This document shows positions 54,291 to 64,000 of a stretch of DNA of 64,000 nt, one piece after another. The notes beneath the pieces were generated by a model, which saw nothing but the letters and a program-made list of their open reading frames with translations, made no database searches and was not told the origin of the DNA. Origin of the DNA: Candidatus Enterousia sp. Lineage in GTDB: Bacteria > Pseudomonadota > Alphaproteobacteria > Rs-D84. A program made the position numbers and the translations under genes. The DNA is taken from contig JBGUKY010000008.1 in NCBI GenBank assembly GCA_045114635.1, positions 39,712-103,711 on the forward strand. Reading direction: 5' to 3'. The number at the start of each line of letters is the position of its first letter. Positions within the stretch are counted from its first letter, which is position 1.

Positions 54291-55799
54291 TTATAAATCC
54301 ATTAATTCATTATATATTTGTTTGTCTGTCAATATTTTCAAACTAACCGCCGATGCCATACTGTCTTCATCTTCACCACTTGTGATATTAGGGCACGCCT
54401 TTCGCAATGCCTTTACATCAACATTTTTAGCAGTGTTATAATCACGCGCATTAAATTCGCCATTTATTATATTAAGGAAAAATGCCTCGCGTTGTTGTGT
54501 GTTTCTTATATTTGACAGACAAACCAAAGGAAATACACCGCGTCCATCAATCATATTACCCTTACCTGTTTTTACAGATTTATTTAACAATTCCAATACC
54601 CCACCATTATTCAAATCTATATGACTTGCGATTCTTGCGCGACCAGATGTTGGTGTCCCAATTAAAACACCACGTTTGTTTTCATAAAAAGCCGCTGCTA
54701 GTGCTTCGCTGGTTCCACTTGTATTATCAGAAATCAAAACCACCACAGGTGTCTTTGTTATTGCTTCACCACCAGGAACTATTTCTAATTCATCAACAGC
54801 GGTTTCTTTTATTCTCATTACTGGGACTGCCCCCATAAATAATCCAGCCATTTTTGCCGCTGCTTTTTCATCGTCCCCTTTTGCCGTTCTTAGATCTAAT
54901 ACAATTCCACCAACATCATTATATTTATTCAATGCTTCATTAACTATGTCCACAGAACCATCTGATATTTTATGAACTATGATTTCCAATATACCATCAG
55001 TTGTTTCATTTTTAGAACGATGAATAATGTCTGCATCTGCCAACACAACTGTTGCACGACGAAGTGTAACATTTCTGTTTCCAAAAGGTGTTAATAATTT
55101 TATTTTTACAGTCCCAGAATTATAACCAGATAATACGGCACCCATATCAGCATCAGACATATTCGCAACACGTTCACCGTTTACTTCTGATATTATATCG
55201 CCTTCGTGAATACCAGCAATATCAGCCGGAGAATCTTTATAAACACCTGTGATTCTGAAATTAGATTTGAAATCGCGACCACCATCAAAACCTATGCTTG
55301 TTAAAATACGTGTATCTCCTTCATTTATCGCATCACGAGAATATACGTATGTACCATTTTGATCAATACCACTAAGCAGTGCATTTACAACAACTTGGTA
55401 CAAACTTTCGGCCGGCAGTGAACGTAATTGTTTATCTTTTTCACGCATTTTTAAAATCAAAGCTGTTGTTATTTCACCATAGGCTTTCCAATCTTTGCTT
55501 TCAGGATAAGGGTAATTAGCAATCAATTCATCGCCCCATACAAGAACAGCCCGTTCTCCTGTTGCAGCAATATGTGCATCAGGATTCATCTTTTCCAAAC
55601 TTTCAATTGCAACACCAACATTTTTCCCAGCCCAATTCACACCATCTAATTTTTCATAAATGTCTGCAAAAACATCTGATACAACATGAACATCTAACCC
55701 ATCTTGAATTTTTACATCATCATGAAATAATTCTGATGCCAAAAGCGCCCCAGGGGCAAAGATTAAATTCGCCATTAAAAACAAATTTACTATTTTCAT
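54291..55799 (-). CDS. S41 (C-terminal processing peptidase)-like protein with PDZ domain; catalytic motifs look degenerate
   Basis: Signal peptide and a PDZ domain ('GVYKDSPADIAGIHEGDIISEVNG'). The S41 core 'LISDNTSGTSEALAAAFYENKRGVLIGTPTSGRARI' aligns to '..SASASE....(25 aa)..TFGKG'. Confidence 0.72.
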   Translation of the reverse strand: MKIVNLFLMANLIFAPGALLASELFHDDVKIQDGLDVHVVSDVFADIYEKLDGVNWAGKNVGVAIESLEKMNPDAHIAATGERAVLVWGDELIANYPYPESKDWKAYGEITTALILKMREKDKQLRSLPAESLYQVVVNALLSGIDQNGTYVYSRDAINEGDTRILTSIGFDGGRDFKSNFRITGVYKDSPADIAGIHEGDIISEVNGERVANMSDADMGAVLSGYNSGTVKIKLLTPFGNRNVTLRRATVVLADADIIHRSKNETTDGILEIIVHKISDGSVDIVNEALNKYNDVGGIVLDLRTAKGDDEKAAAKMAGLFMGAVPVMRIKETAVDELEIVPGGEAITKTPVVVLISDNTSGTSEALAAAFYENKRGVLIGTPTSGRARIASHIDLNNGGVLELLNKSVKTGKGNMIDGRGVFPLVCLSNIRNTQQREAFFLNIINGEFNARDYNTAKNVDVKALRKACPNITSGEDEDSMASAVSLKILTDKQIYNELMDL

Positions 55800-55826
55800 T
55801 ATATTCTCCTTTCCCCTGGTGTGTTT

Positions 55827-56690
55827 TTAATAATCTGTTTCTCTTAAATTAAAGTGATACAAGATAACATTAGAGATATAAATACTTGTTAATGTTCCAC
55901 TTATGATAGAGAATGTCATAGCGACAGCAAACTCACGCAACATCTGTCCGCCAAACAAATAAATACCAACCATCGCCAAGATAGTAGATACACTTGTCAT
56001 GATTGTTCGATACAACATTTCATTGACAGACAAATCGATTACATTTGATATCGACATTTTGTGATATTTTTTGATATTTTCATCAATTCGATCATAATTC
56101 ACAACCTTATCATTAACAGAATAACCAACACCCATCAAAATGACCGCGATAGCTGTTTGGTTGAATTCAAGGCCGGCAATTGAAAAGAACCCGAACATCA
56201 GTATAAGGTCAAACACCAATGACACAAACGAACCAACCGCATAACCGCCACGATATCTTATCCAAATATATATAGACATCATTATAAACGATACTAATAT
56301 CGCCAAGATACCACCGCGGATTAATTCGCCACCGATTTTTGGTCCAACAACTTGAACCTGGGAATATGTAACACGATTACCCAAAATGTTTTTTATTTCC
56401 GCAACACGAACATTTTGTTCTTCATCGGTTGATCCCTTTGGAAGTCCCACACGCAATAATATAGCATCGCCATCAACAGCCTGTAATTCAGGTTTGAATG
56501 CAGCTAAATCATGACGCATTTTATCAATGGTATATTCAGCAGTTGTCGGTTTTATTTCCATAGAAATGCCACCCGAAAAGTCGATACCATAATTAAAGCC
56601 TTTGAATACAATTGAAATAATGGAAAGCGCAATACAGATTGCAGAAATCCAATATGATAATTTACGATATTTCATAAAATGCAGTTTCAT
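55827..56690 (-). CDS. secF: protein translocase subunit SecF
   Basis: 287 aa with 'GIDFSGGISMEI' and six TM helices, downstream of secD. Confidence 0.9.
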   Translation of the reverse strand: MKLHFMKYRKLSYWISAICIALSIISIVFKGFNYGIDFSGGISMEIKPTTAEYTIDKMRHDLAAFKPELQAVDGDAILLRVGLPKGSTDEEQNVRVAEIKNILGNRVTYSQVQVVGPKIGGELIRGGILAILVSFIMMSIYIWIRYRGGYAVGSFVSLVFDLILMFGFFSIAGLEFNQTAIAVILMGVGYSVNDKVVNYDRIDENIKKYHKMSISNVIDLSVNEMLYRTIMTSVSTILAMVGIYLFGGQMLREFAVAMTFSIISGTLTSIYISNVILYHFNLRETDY

Positions 56691-56721
56691 AACTTTACCT
56701 CTTTTAATTGCACTTTCTTTA

Positions 56722-58302
56722 TTATTTATTTCTTATATAACCAATCTTTCTGCTTTTGCCGTTCATGTAATAATCAACAAAAACGCGTGTTAACAACAAG
56801 CAAGTAAACAATGTTGTCGCAACACCGATTGATAATGTTACTGCAAATCCACGAATTGGACCTGCACCAAATTGGAACAATATCAACGCACAGATCAAGT
56901 TTGTTAATTCACCGTCCAATACTGTTTTTGTAGAACGTGTAAATCCATAATCCACGGCGCGCAATGTTGGGACACCTGCCCTTACTTCGTCACGGATTCT
57001 TTCGAAAGGCAATATGTTAGCGTCAACTGCCATACCAAGTGTCAACACTATACCAGCAATACCTGGCAATGTAAGTGTTGCACCAAACAATGCAGATACA
57101 CCAACAATCATCAAAAGGTTCACAATCAAAACGATATCAGCAAACAATCCGAATATGCCATACAACATTGCCATAAATACAAGAACGAACAATACGCCAA
57201 CCGCAGAACCAATTTTACCAGTTGCGATTGTATCAGCACCAAGTCCAGCACCAACTGTTCTTTCTTCGATTACTTCCAATGGCGCAGGCAAAGCACCAGA
57301 TCTTAACAACACAGCCAAATCTTTCGCACTTTGTAATGTAAAGTTTCCAGATATTTGTCCACGACCACCAGGAATCGGTTCACGAATTGTTGGCGCCGAC
57401 AAAACTTTGTCATCCAAAACAATTGCAAATCTTTCGTTAACGTGTTCTGTTGTTAATTTTGCAAAACGACGTGCACCAGATGCATCAAATTCAGTTGTCA
57501 CAACAGGCATATTATTTTGATCAAATGATGCCTCGGAGTTTTTCAAACTGTCGCCTGACACTTCGACACGTGCATACACGGGAACTAATTGCCCACCTTC
57601 CATATAAGGCAAGAACATTGTGCCGCTTGGCGCATGACCAGACGCCAATTGTTCATTTGTGATGTTTTCATTTACCAAATGGAAAGTCATCTTTGCTGTT
57701 CTTCCAATCAATTCTTTGATATGTTCTGGATTATCTACACCAGGAAGCTGAACCAAAATGTATTTACCACCCTGGGATTGAATTGATGGTTCTTTTGTTC
57801 CAAGCGCATCAATACGACGACGAACAATTTCAATACTGCGGTTCATAGCATCTTGAATCATTTCTTCGCGTGCTTTGGATGTATAAGTAATTGTCAAAGT
57901 TTTACCACTTGAAGAAATATCTACACCATTACCCAATACGCTTTTAAGACGTCCTTTGGCTTTTGATACTTCGCTACTTTCACGCACAACCAAAGAAACA
58001 CCATTACCAGTATTACGCAAATCTGAAAAACGGATAACACCTTTACTTCTGTCAATCAAAGCACCACGTGCTTCATCATAAAGTTGTGCAGATTTTTCTT
58101 TTAACATAACATCTGTATCAACTTCCAATAAAAGTTGCGCACCACCCTTTAAATCCAGTCCAAGTGGAATTGGTTGTATCCAAGATGGAAAATAAGGTGC
58201 CAGTTTAGGAGAAATTGTTGGCACAGCCAACAACATACCAAACAAAGAAATGAAAACAATTGCTAATTTTTTAACCGTATTTTTTTCCAAAAAATATTTC
58301 AT
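56722..58302 (-). CDS. secD: protein translocase subunit SecD
   Basis: 'LGLDLKGGAQLLLEVD', a periplasmic P1 domain and a C-terminal six-TM bundle. Confidence 0.9.
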   Translation of the reverse strand: MKYFLEKNTVKKLAIVFISLFGMLLAVPTISPKLAPYFPSWIQPIPLGLDLKGGAQLLLEVDTDVMLKEKSAQLYDEARGALIDRSKGVIRFSDLRNTGNGVSLVVRESSEVSKAKGRLKSVLGNGVDISSSGKTLTITYTSKAREEMIQDAMNRSIEIVRRRIDALGTKEPSIQSQGGKYILVQLPGVDNPEHIKELIGRTAKMTFHLVNENITNEQLASGHAPSGTMFLPYMEGGQLVPVYARVEVSGDSLKNSEASFDQNNMPVVTTEFDASGARRFAKLTTEHVNERFAIVLDDKVLSAPTIREPIPGGRGQISGNFTLQSAKDLAVLLRSGALPAPLEVIEERTVGAGLGADTIATGKIGSAVGVLFVLVFMAMLYGIFGLFADIVLIVNLLMIVGVSALFGATLTLPGIAGIVLTLGMAVDANILPFERIRDEVRAGVPTLRAVDYGFTRSTKTVLDGELTNLICALILFQFGAGPIRGFAVTLSIGVATTLFTCLLLTRVFVDYYMNGKSRKIGYIRNK

Positions 58303-58321
58303 CTCTATTTACCCCACAAAA

Positions 58322-58636
58322 TTATTCAACACTTGCAACTGCGTTTTTGTTAACTTCGATAACAACGCCTTTTGCAATTTCCAAACTTATTGTTTTTTCG
58401 TTTACTTTTTTAACAGTACCATAAATGCCGGCAGCCATTACACGATTGCCAACCTTGATACTGTCCAACATCTTTTGATATTCGGCCATACGTTTTTTGT
58501 TTGGACGTATCATAAAGAAATACAATATCGCCATTATAACAAGACAATACATTATCATGCCCCACATACCACCCTGTTGTTGTGCAGCAGGAACATTTTG
58601 TGCAACTTGATTTACAACTTCAACAGATCCATTCAT
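58322..58636 (-). CDS. yajC: preprotein translocase subunit YajC
   Basis: A single TM, then 'MIRPNKKRMAEYQKMLDSIKVGNRVMAAGIYGTV'. Confidence 0.85.
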   Translation of the reverse strand: MNGSVEVVNQVAQNVPAAQQQGGMWGMIMYCLVIMAILYFFMIRPNKKRMAEYQKMLDSIKVGNRVMAAGIYGTVKKVNEKTISLEIAKGVVIEVNKNAVASVE

Positions 58637-58703
58637 GAAAAATCTCCTTTTTTATATACCAAGCCTAGTAAAAAAACAAAGATAAGTAAAGGAAAAAACC
58701 GCA

Positions 58704-60440
58704 CTATATTCTTTCGAACATTGCGTCTAATTCTGATATTGGAATAACCTTGTAAACTGGACGACCGTGATTACATTCGCCCCCCCGCTCTGTTCGTTCG
58801 ATATCACGTAAAAGCGCATCCATTTCAGCCATATTTAATTTACGCCCAGACCGCACAGAATGATGACAAGCATAGTTTGCCAATTTCAAATGTAACTTTT
58901 CTTGAAGACGCGAAGAATGCCCGTATGCGCGCACTTCGTCTGCAATTTCTTGGAAACATTTTTCAAAGTTTAAATCCCAATCAGCAGGCTTTTCAAAAAT
59001 AGCGATTGCACCATCACCAAATTCATCAATATGTAATCCACATTGTTTTAATTCGTCCGCTATACTTAAAACAGATTCCGCATCTTCTGGTTTCAATTTA
59101 ATCACTATTGGTGCCAAAAGCGGTTGTGTTTTAATTTCGCCCTTTCGCATTTTTTCATAAGTGATGCGTTCATGTGCAGCATGTTGATCAATAATCACAA
59201 AACCATCGCTGTTTTCAGCCAATATATATTTGTTATTAAGTTGCCCGATAACACGTCCAAGTGGCAAATCAAAGGCATCTGGTTCAAAAACAGTTTCAAC
59301 ATTATCAGGTTTGCGAACATCATTATTAAATGTTGGTTCGCTTACAAAACTGCGTGCAAAAGAATTATTTGATTGTACATGGTTCGCATGAAAATATGCC
59401 TGTGTTGGCGCCAATTTGAACCCGTCTGTATTATCACTTTGTTCAATGTTTGTTTGCGATATATTTTGATTCAAAGTTTGTGATAAAACATCACGCAAAG
59501 TTTTTATAATAAATGAACGAACATGTGTTGGTTCCAAGAAATGTACTTCTGTTTTCGCAGGCGATACATTAACATCTACATCGCGTGATGGTAATTCCAA
59601 ATAAAGCGCACAAAGTGGAAATTCGCGCGCATGCATAACATCCATATATGCAGCACGTAAGGCCGCAACCAAAACCTTGTCTTTGACTGGGCGACCATTA
59701 ACAAATAAATATTGATCAACGCTTGATGCACGACGTAATGTCGGATGTGAAATATATCCATGAATTCGCATTTGTGATGAAGACGATGTTGAATCAACTG
59801 GCAACATAAATCCCCTTACATCTTCACCCATGACAGAAATTATGCGTTCCAATAAATCTTGATTTTTTGGGAAACGCCATTTGTCGTTCAATACAAAACC
59901 AACGTCCACGCGTGCCATAGCCAGACGTTTTACAACATCTACTATTGCTAACATTTCAGACTTGTCACTGTTAAGGAACTTTAATCTTGCCGGTGTTTTG
60001 GCAAACAGATTTGAAACACGAATGCGTGTCCCGCTTTCCCAATCTGATGGTTTTATATCGCCATTGTTCGCATTTAATTGCCACCCATTTGGTTCATCTT
60101 TGTAAAATGTATCTATGCTCATATCAGATACAGATGCAATGGACGGCAATGCTTCGCCACGAAATCCCATAAAATTAATATTCAACAAATCATCATCTGG
60201 TAATTTAGAAGTAGCATGACGCAATATAGAACGCGCCAAATCTTCGCGTGTCATACCCTTGCCATTATCTATGACAGAAATCAATGTGCGTCCACCATCA
60301 ACAACATCAATAATAATTTGATCTGCACCCGCATCCAGCGCATTTTCAATCAGTTCTTTAACAACGCTTGCCGGCCTTTCAACCACTTCGCCAGCGGCAA
60401 TTTGGTTTATCAGGAAATCAGGCAAGACACGAACAGACAT
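58704..60440 (-). CDS. mutL: DNA mismatch repair protein MutL
   Basis: GHKL ATPase N-terminus 'LINQIAAGEVVERPASVVKELIENALDAGA' and a C-terminal dimerisation domain with 'CNHGRP'. Confidence 0.92.
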   Translation of the reverse strand: MSVRVLPDFLINQIAAGEVVERPASVVKELIENALDAGADQIIIDVVDGGRTLISVIDNGKGMTREDLARSILRHATSKLPDDDLLNINFMGFRGEALPSIASVSDMSIDTFYKDEPNGWQLNANNGDIKPSDWESGTRIRVSNLFAKTPARLKFLNSDKSEMLAIVDVVKRLAMARVDVGFVLNDKWRFPKNQDLLERIISVMGEDVRGFMLPVDSTSSSSQMRIHGYISHPTLRRASSVDQYLFVNGRPVKDKVLVAALRAAYMDVMHAREFPLCALYLELPSRDVDVNVSPAKTEVHFLEPTHVRSFIIKTLRDVLSQTLNQNISQTNIEQSDNTDGFKLAPTQAYFHANHVQSNNSFARSFVSEPTFNNDVRKPDNVETVFEPDAFDLPLGRVIGQLNNKYILAENSDGFVIIDQHAAHERITYEKMRKGEIKTQPLLAPIVIKLKPEDAESVLSIADELKQCGLHIDEFGDGAIAIFEKPADWDLNFEKCFQEIADEVRAYGHSSRLQEKLHLKLANYACHHSVRSGRKLNMAEMDALLRDIERTERGGECNHGRPVYKVIPISELDAMFERI

Positions 60441-60441
60441 T

Positions 60442-60912
60442 TTAATCCTTGAATTTTACGTCCACAATTTCGAATTCTTTTTCGCCACTTGGCAATCTTA
60501 CTGTACAGGTATCACCAACACAATGACCGATCAACGCACGACCAACTGGTGAAGTACAAGATATAACAAGGCGACCATCAGATTCAATATCTGACAAAAT
60601 ACGACATTCCATTTTATTGCCATCTTCATCTTCGGTAACAACCTTGGCACCAAAAACCACGCGATCACCAGAAAGGCTATCTACATCAATAACCTGTGCG
60701 TGTTCAATTACATCTTCGATAAACTGAATACGTTTATCAATTTGTCGCTGTTTTTCTTTTGCCGCGCTATAATCTGCGTTTTCAGACAGATCCCCAAGGG
60801 AACGCGCCCATTGGACCACTTTCAATATTTCCGGTCTTTGATTTTCTTTCAAATCTTTTAATTCAGCCAGTAATGTATCAAACCCCTGACGTGAAATTGG
60901 CTTCTTTTCCAT
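60442..60912 (-). CDS. greA: transcription elongation factor GreA
   Basis: 'SLGDLSENADYSAAKE' and a C-terminal FKBP-like domain. The ATG at 60912 is preceded by AAGGA. Confidence 0.9.
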   Translation of the reverse strand: MEKKPISRQGFDTLLAELKDLKENQRPEILKVVQWARSLGDLSENADYSAAKEKQRQIDKRIQFIEDVIEHAQVIDVDSLSGDRVVFGAKVVTEDEDGNKMECRILSDIESDGRLVISCTSPVGRALIGHCVGDTCTVRLPSGEKEFEIVDVKFKD

Positions 60913-60998
60913 AAACAAATCCTTAATTTATAGGTATAACGATATAACATTAATTTTAATTTTGCAATTATCAATTGAAACTATTATACTATAAGATT

Positions 60999-62066
60999 AT
61001 GTATAGATTTAAACCAAACGTTTTGACATTATTCCTTATGCGTCGTTTTTTTTCCAGTTTCCTTCTGGTTATGTTGACGACTTGTGGGATTATATTCGCG
61101 GTAACATTTGTTGAAAGATTATCTTCTAACCCTGATGCCCTGTCAACCTTGATGGACGCATGGGTAAGATTATTGGAATATGTTCCTATGTTTTTGCCGT
61201 TGGCTGTATTTATGGGAACATTGGTCGCTTTTTATAATTTAACAAAATCTTCGGAACTTATAATTATATCTGGTACTGGATTATCCCCTTTTCAAATTGC
61301 AAAGCCATTTTTAACTGGTGCATTTTTGATTGGTTTATTTGCCGCCACAATTGTTAACCCCTATTCTGTAGATTTAACAACACGCAAATTAACAGACCAT
61401 CAATTAAAGTTAATAGATAACGCAATATGGTTACGTGAATCTTCTGAAAATGGATATTTAACTGCACGTGCCAAGGGTATGAACATATCAAAAAATCACG
61501 ACATTATTTTTAATGATATAACTATATTATTACAGGACGACCAATTTAAATTGAAAGAACGCGTATCTGCGAAAACGGCTAATTTATCCAAAGATGGTAT
61601 AAATGTGGATCAGGCAACAATTATTGGTCCAGACGGCGCATCAACCAAGGGATCTCGTCATATTGAAACAAAATTAACACCACAAACAGTGTTAGACAGA
61701 TATTTACAACCAGATCAAATTTCTTTCTGGAAATTACCATCGTTTATACACAAAATGAATGCTATTGGTGTTTCAACACGTGGACACCTTGTTCAATTTT
61801 GGACATTGTTATTTCTACCATTAACAATGATGGCTATGACAGTGCTTGGCATCGCATTTTCACAAACTAAACAACGCAGAAATTACAGTTTTGGTGTAAA
61901 ATTCAGTCTTGGTATTGTCACATGTTTTGCGCTTTATTTCATTGTGAATATATTCAATGCTTTGGGTAACACTGGTGCATTGCCCCCTATTATTGCGATA
62001 GTAGCACCACAGATAATTATTATCACTGGCGCATGTACTTTCATAACCACTTTTGACACAATATAA
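60999..62066 (+). CDS. LptF/LptG-family LPS export permease
   Basis: YjgP/YjgQ layout: three TM helices, a periplasmic beta-jellyroll, then three TM helices. The ATG at 60999 is preferred over the TTG at 60975. Confidence 0.75.
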   Translation: MYRFKPNVLTLFLMRRFFSSFLLVMLTTCGIIFAVTFVERLSSNPDALSTLMDAWVRLLEYVPMFLPLAVFMGTLVAFYNLTKSSELIIISGTGLSPFQIAKPFLTGAFLIGLFAATIVNPYSVDLTTRKLTDHQLKLIDNAIWLRESSENGYLTARAKGMNISKNHDIIFNDITILLQDDQFKLKERVSAKTANLSKDGINVDQATIIGPDGASTKGSRHIETKLTPQTVLDRYLQPDQISFWKLPSFIHKMNAIGVSTRGHLVQFWTLLFLPLTMMAMTVLGIAFSQTKQRRNYSFGVKFSLGIVTCFALYFIVNIFNALGNTGALPPIIAIVAPQIIIITGACTFITTFDTI

Positions 62067-62077
62067 AAGGTACCAAA

Positions 62078-62209
62078 ATGCCAATTCGCAGAAGAAACAG
62101 AAACAAACATAAATATCTTATATGGACAATTATTATTGTGTTGTTAATTGGTATGATTGTGTCTTTTTCTAATAACCCAACATTCACAGAAATTGTTCTT
62201 TATCCATGA
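62078..62209 (+). CDS. 43-aa small membrane protein (not in the ORF track)
   Basis: MPIRRRNRNKHKYLIWTIIIVLLIGMIVSFSNNPTFTEIVLYP. AAAAGG lies 7 nt upstream, and its stop overlaps the xerD ATG (ATGA). Confidence 0.3.
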   Translation: MPIRRRNRNKHKYLIWTIIIVLLIGMIVSFSNNPTFTEIVLYP

Positions 62210-63069
62210 ATTATATTGATATTTTTTTAGAAGCATTATCAGCAGAAAAAGGTCGCAGTCAAAAAACTTTAAGCGCCTATGCTTCTGATTTACATCATGC
62301 CCAAGAATCAATCGGTAATTTATTAGATGCGAACGACAAAGATATTCAAAATTATCTTTCGGCCCTGCCCGATAAACCATCATCCATTGCAAGAAAGGCA
62401 AGCGCGCTTCGTTCTTTCTACAAGTTTTTAATGTTGGAAAAAATCATAACTAAAAATCCAACATCTAATCTTGAATTACCAAAACGCAGCCGCGCATTAC
62501 CTAAATATTTATCACCCGAAGAAATAGAATTATTAATATCGTCAGCTGGTGATGTAAAAAATTCAGTGCGCCTTCGTTGTATGTTGGAATTACTTTATGC
62601 TTCTGGACTTCGTGTAAGCGAATTATGTGAATTACCAATGTCAGCAAATCTTGGTGATAAATTATTAATACATGGCAAAGGTGCAAAAGAAAGATTGGTT
62701 CCAATGCATGAAGCCGCCCAAGATTCACTTCATAAATGGTTAGAACTTCGTGGCGATAATGATTCAAAATATGTGTTTCCAACAAACGCATCATCTGGCC
62801 ATATAACACGCGATGGATTTTTCAAGATTTTGAAAAAGTGTGCTGTTCTTGCTGGTATAGATCCGCATCGTGTAAGTCCGCACGTATTACGCCATTCGTT
62901 CGCATCACATTTGCTGGCTGGCGGCGCTAATTTACGTGTTATACAGACAATGCTTGGGCACGAAGATATTTCAACCACACAAATATATACACATGTTCTG
63001 CCTGAAAAATTACGCGATACAGTTGAAAGCGCGCACCCATTGGCACATAATGAAATTAAGGATATATAA
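62206..63069 (+). CDS. xerD: site-specific tyrosine recombinase XerD
   Basis: The N-terminal SAM-like domain and a catalytic C-terminus 'HVLRHSFASHLLAGGANLRVIQTMLGHEDISTTQIYTHV'. Confidence 0.87.
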   Translation: MNYIDIFLEALSAEKGRSQKTLSAYASDLHHAQESIGNLLDANDKDIQNYLSALPDKPSSIARKASALRSFYKFLMLEKIITKNPTSNLELPKRSRALPKYLSPEEIELLISSAGDVKNSVRLRCMLELLYASGLRVSELCELPMSANLGDKLLIHGKGAKERLVPMHEAAQDSLHKWLELRGDNDSKYVFPTNASSGHITRDGFFKILKKCAVLAGIDPHRVSPHVLRHSFASHLLAGGANLRVIQTMLGHEDISTTQIYTHVLPEKLRDTVESAHPLAHNEIKDI

Positions 63070-63071
63070 AG

Positions 63072-63569
63072 ATGATAACAAAATGCGAACACCCAGGATG
63101 CACAAAAGCCGGAACATGCCGCGCACCAAAGTCGCGTGATTTAAAAGAATATTGGTGGTTCTGCAAAGAACACGCTGCCGAATATAATAAAAATTGGAAT
63201 TATTATGCCAATATGACCCCTGATGAAATTGATGCAGAATGGGAACGTGAAACATTCGGCATTGCCGATAAAGATCGTGAAAAAGTTAACAAAGATGAAG
63301 AAGATTATGTAAACTTCCTTAATGACTTTTTGTCCGGGCGCAATACATTTGATAAGATGCCAGCAAAAAAAACTGTGCCATCACAAATTGTATCAGCCCT
63401 GCATGTATTTGATTTGCCAGTAACAGCAACATGGCGTGAAATTGGTGCAAAGTATCGTATGCTTGCTAAAAAATATCACCCTGATACAGCGAAAGACAAA
63501 TCGTCCACGCATGAATTCACACGCATTACAAACGCATATGAAACATTAAAAAAGCATTTCAAGAAATAA
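63072..63569 (+). CDS. C-terminal J-domain protein
   Basis: 'WREIGAKYRMLAKKYHPDTAKD' carries the HPD motif at the C-terminus. A Cys-containing N-terminus 'CEHPGCTKAGTCRAP...WWFCKEHAAEYN' is also present. Confidence 0.75.
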   Translation: MITKCEHPGCTKAGTCRAPKSRDLKEYWWFCKEHAAEYNKNWNYYANMTPDEIDAEWERETFGIADKDREKVNKDEEDYVNFLNDFLSGRNTFDKMPAKKTVPSQIVSALHVFDLPVTATWREIGAKYRMLAKKYHPDTAKDKSSTHEFTRITNAYETLKKHFKK

Positions 63570-63641
63570 TCATCTATTTTATATTTGCAACATTTTCTTT
63601 TTATGCTATGCTTTTGCCAAAGGAAACATAGGAATAAAGAT

Positions 63642-64000
63642 ATGTATGATGTTATTATTTTAGGTTCTGGACCTGCTGGATTAACAGCCGCTATTTATAC
63701 AGGACGCGCAAACAAATCTACACTTGTTTTGGCTGGCGCATCAATGGGTGGACAAACTGGCGAAATTGCAAAATTGGAAAATTATCCTGGCTGGGCCGGA
63801 TCTGGCATGGAACTGATTCAATTTATGGCAAAACAGGCGAAATCTTTTGGCGCAAAAATTGAATTTGCTTCTGCGACAGATATTAAATTTAATGACGATA
63901 ATACATATACTGTTGTTTGCGATAACGGAAAAACAATCGACGCAAAAACCGTTATTCTTGCAACTGGTGCCAAGGCGCGCAGATTGGAAATAGATGGCGC
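63642..64000 (+). CDS. trxB: thioredoxin-disulfide reductase, N-terminal part (runs off the window)
   Basis: Hand translation gives 'MYDVIILGSGPAGLTAAIYTGRANKSTLVLAG...' (FAD GxGxxG). An AGGAATAAAG RBS precedes it, and there is no stop before the window end. Confidence 0.85.
   Translation, partial: MYDVIILGSGPAGLTAAIYTGRANKSTLVLAGASMGGQTGEIAKLENYPGWAGSGMELIQFMAKQAKSFGAKIEFASATDIKFNDDNTYTVVCDNGKTIDAKTVILATGAKARRLEIDG

Noticed and set aside
62206-63069. A tyrosine recombinase considered as a marker of an integrated mobile element, together with the two tRNA genes as possible attachment sites.
   Set aside because: The sequence is XerD-like (chromosome dimer resolution). No phage, IS or plasmid genes, direct repeats of tRNA 3' ends, or compositional break are visible around either tRNA or xerD.
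1-64000. CRISPR arrays, rRNA operons, tmRNA/RNase P/SRP RNA, and IS or transposase genes.
   Set aside because: No regularly spaced direct repeats were seen, and no intergenic gap is long enough (the largest is about 210 bp). No transposase or integrase-like ORFs were found other than xerD.

Overview
The window is visibly AT-rich, very gene-dense chromosomal DNA. About 75 protein genes and 2 tRNAs are present, intergenic gaps are mostly under 100 bp, and many start/stop codons overlap. Gene content points to a reduced or host-associated Alphaproteobacteria-like lineage: rpoH, a COG4321-type RHH protein, an alphaproteobacterial-type ftsL, a DUF3035-like mini-lipoprotein, a C-terminal J-domain protein, gatCAB plus gltX, and many beta-barrel OMPs. 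I cannot name the taxon. All calls come from motif recognition by eye; no database search was possible.

Most of the window is housekeeping:
- Translation and RNA modification: gatCAB, miaB, thrS, gltX, trmB, rsmE, a pseudouridine synthase, der.
- Envelope and secretion: tatA/B/C, lolA, secDF-yajC, lnt, ftsI/ftsL, ftsK, nlpD-like, BamB-like, an LptF/G permease.
- DNA and stress: recJ, mutL, rarA, xerD, greA, dksA, rpoH, suf genes, trxA/trxB.

I found no rRNA, CRISPR array, IS element, transposase or prophage.

The parts worth a second look are:
1. A tightly packed orphan cassette at 42056-44093: a membrane protein, an HNH-like protein, a SUKH-like protein and an RHH protein. It could be an undescribed stand-alone nuclease/immunity-type module.
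2. An orphan VirD4/TraG-type coupling protein (27931-30198) with no VirB genes nearby, followed by a translationally coupled lipoprotein pair.
3. An in-frame YbeY-Lnt fusion ORF.
4. A 545-aa membrane-anchored, heavily expanded GH24-lysozyme-like protein.
5. An antisense tRNA-Phe splitting gatCA from gatB.
6. A Slam/DUF560-like OMP.
7. An S41 peptidase homolog with apparently degenerate catalytic motifs.
8. A stereotyped family of near-identical GC-stem terminators.
9. Recurrent extended -10 boxes directly abutting start codons, suggesting leaderless mRNAs.
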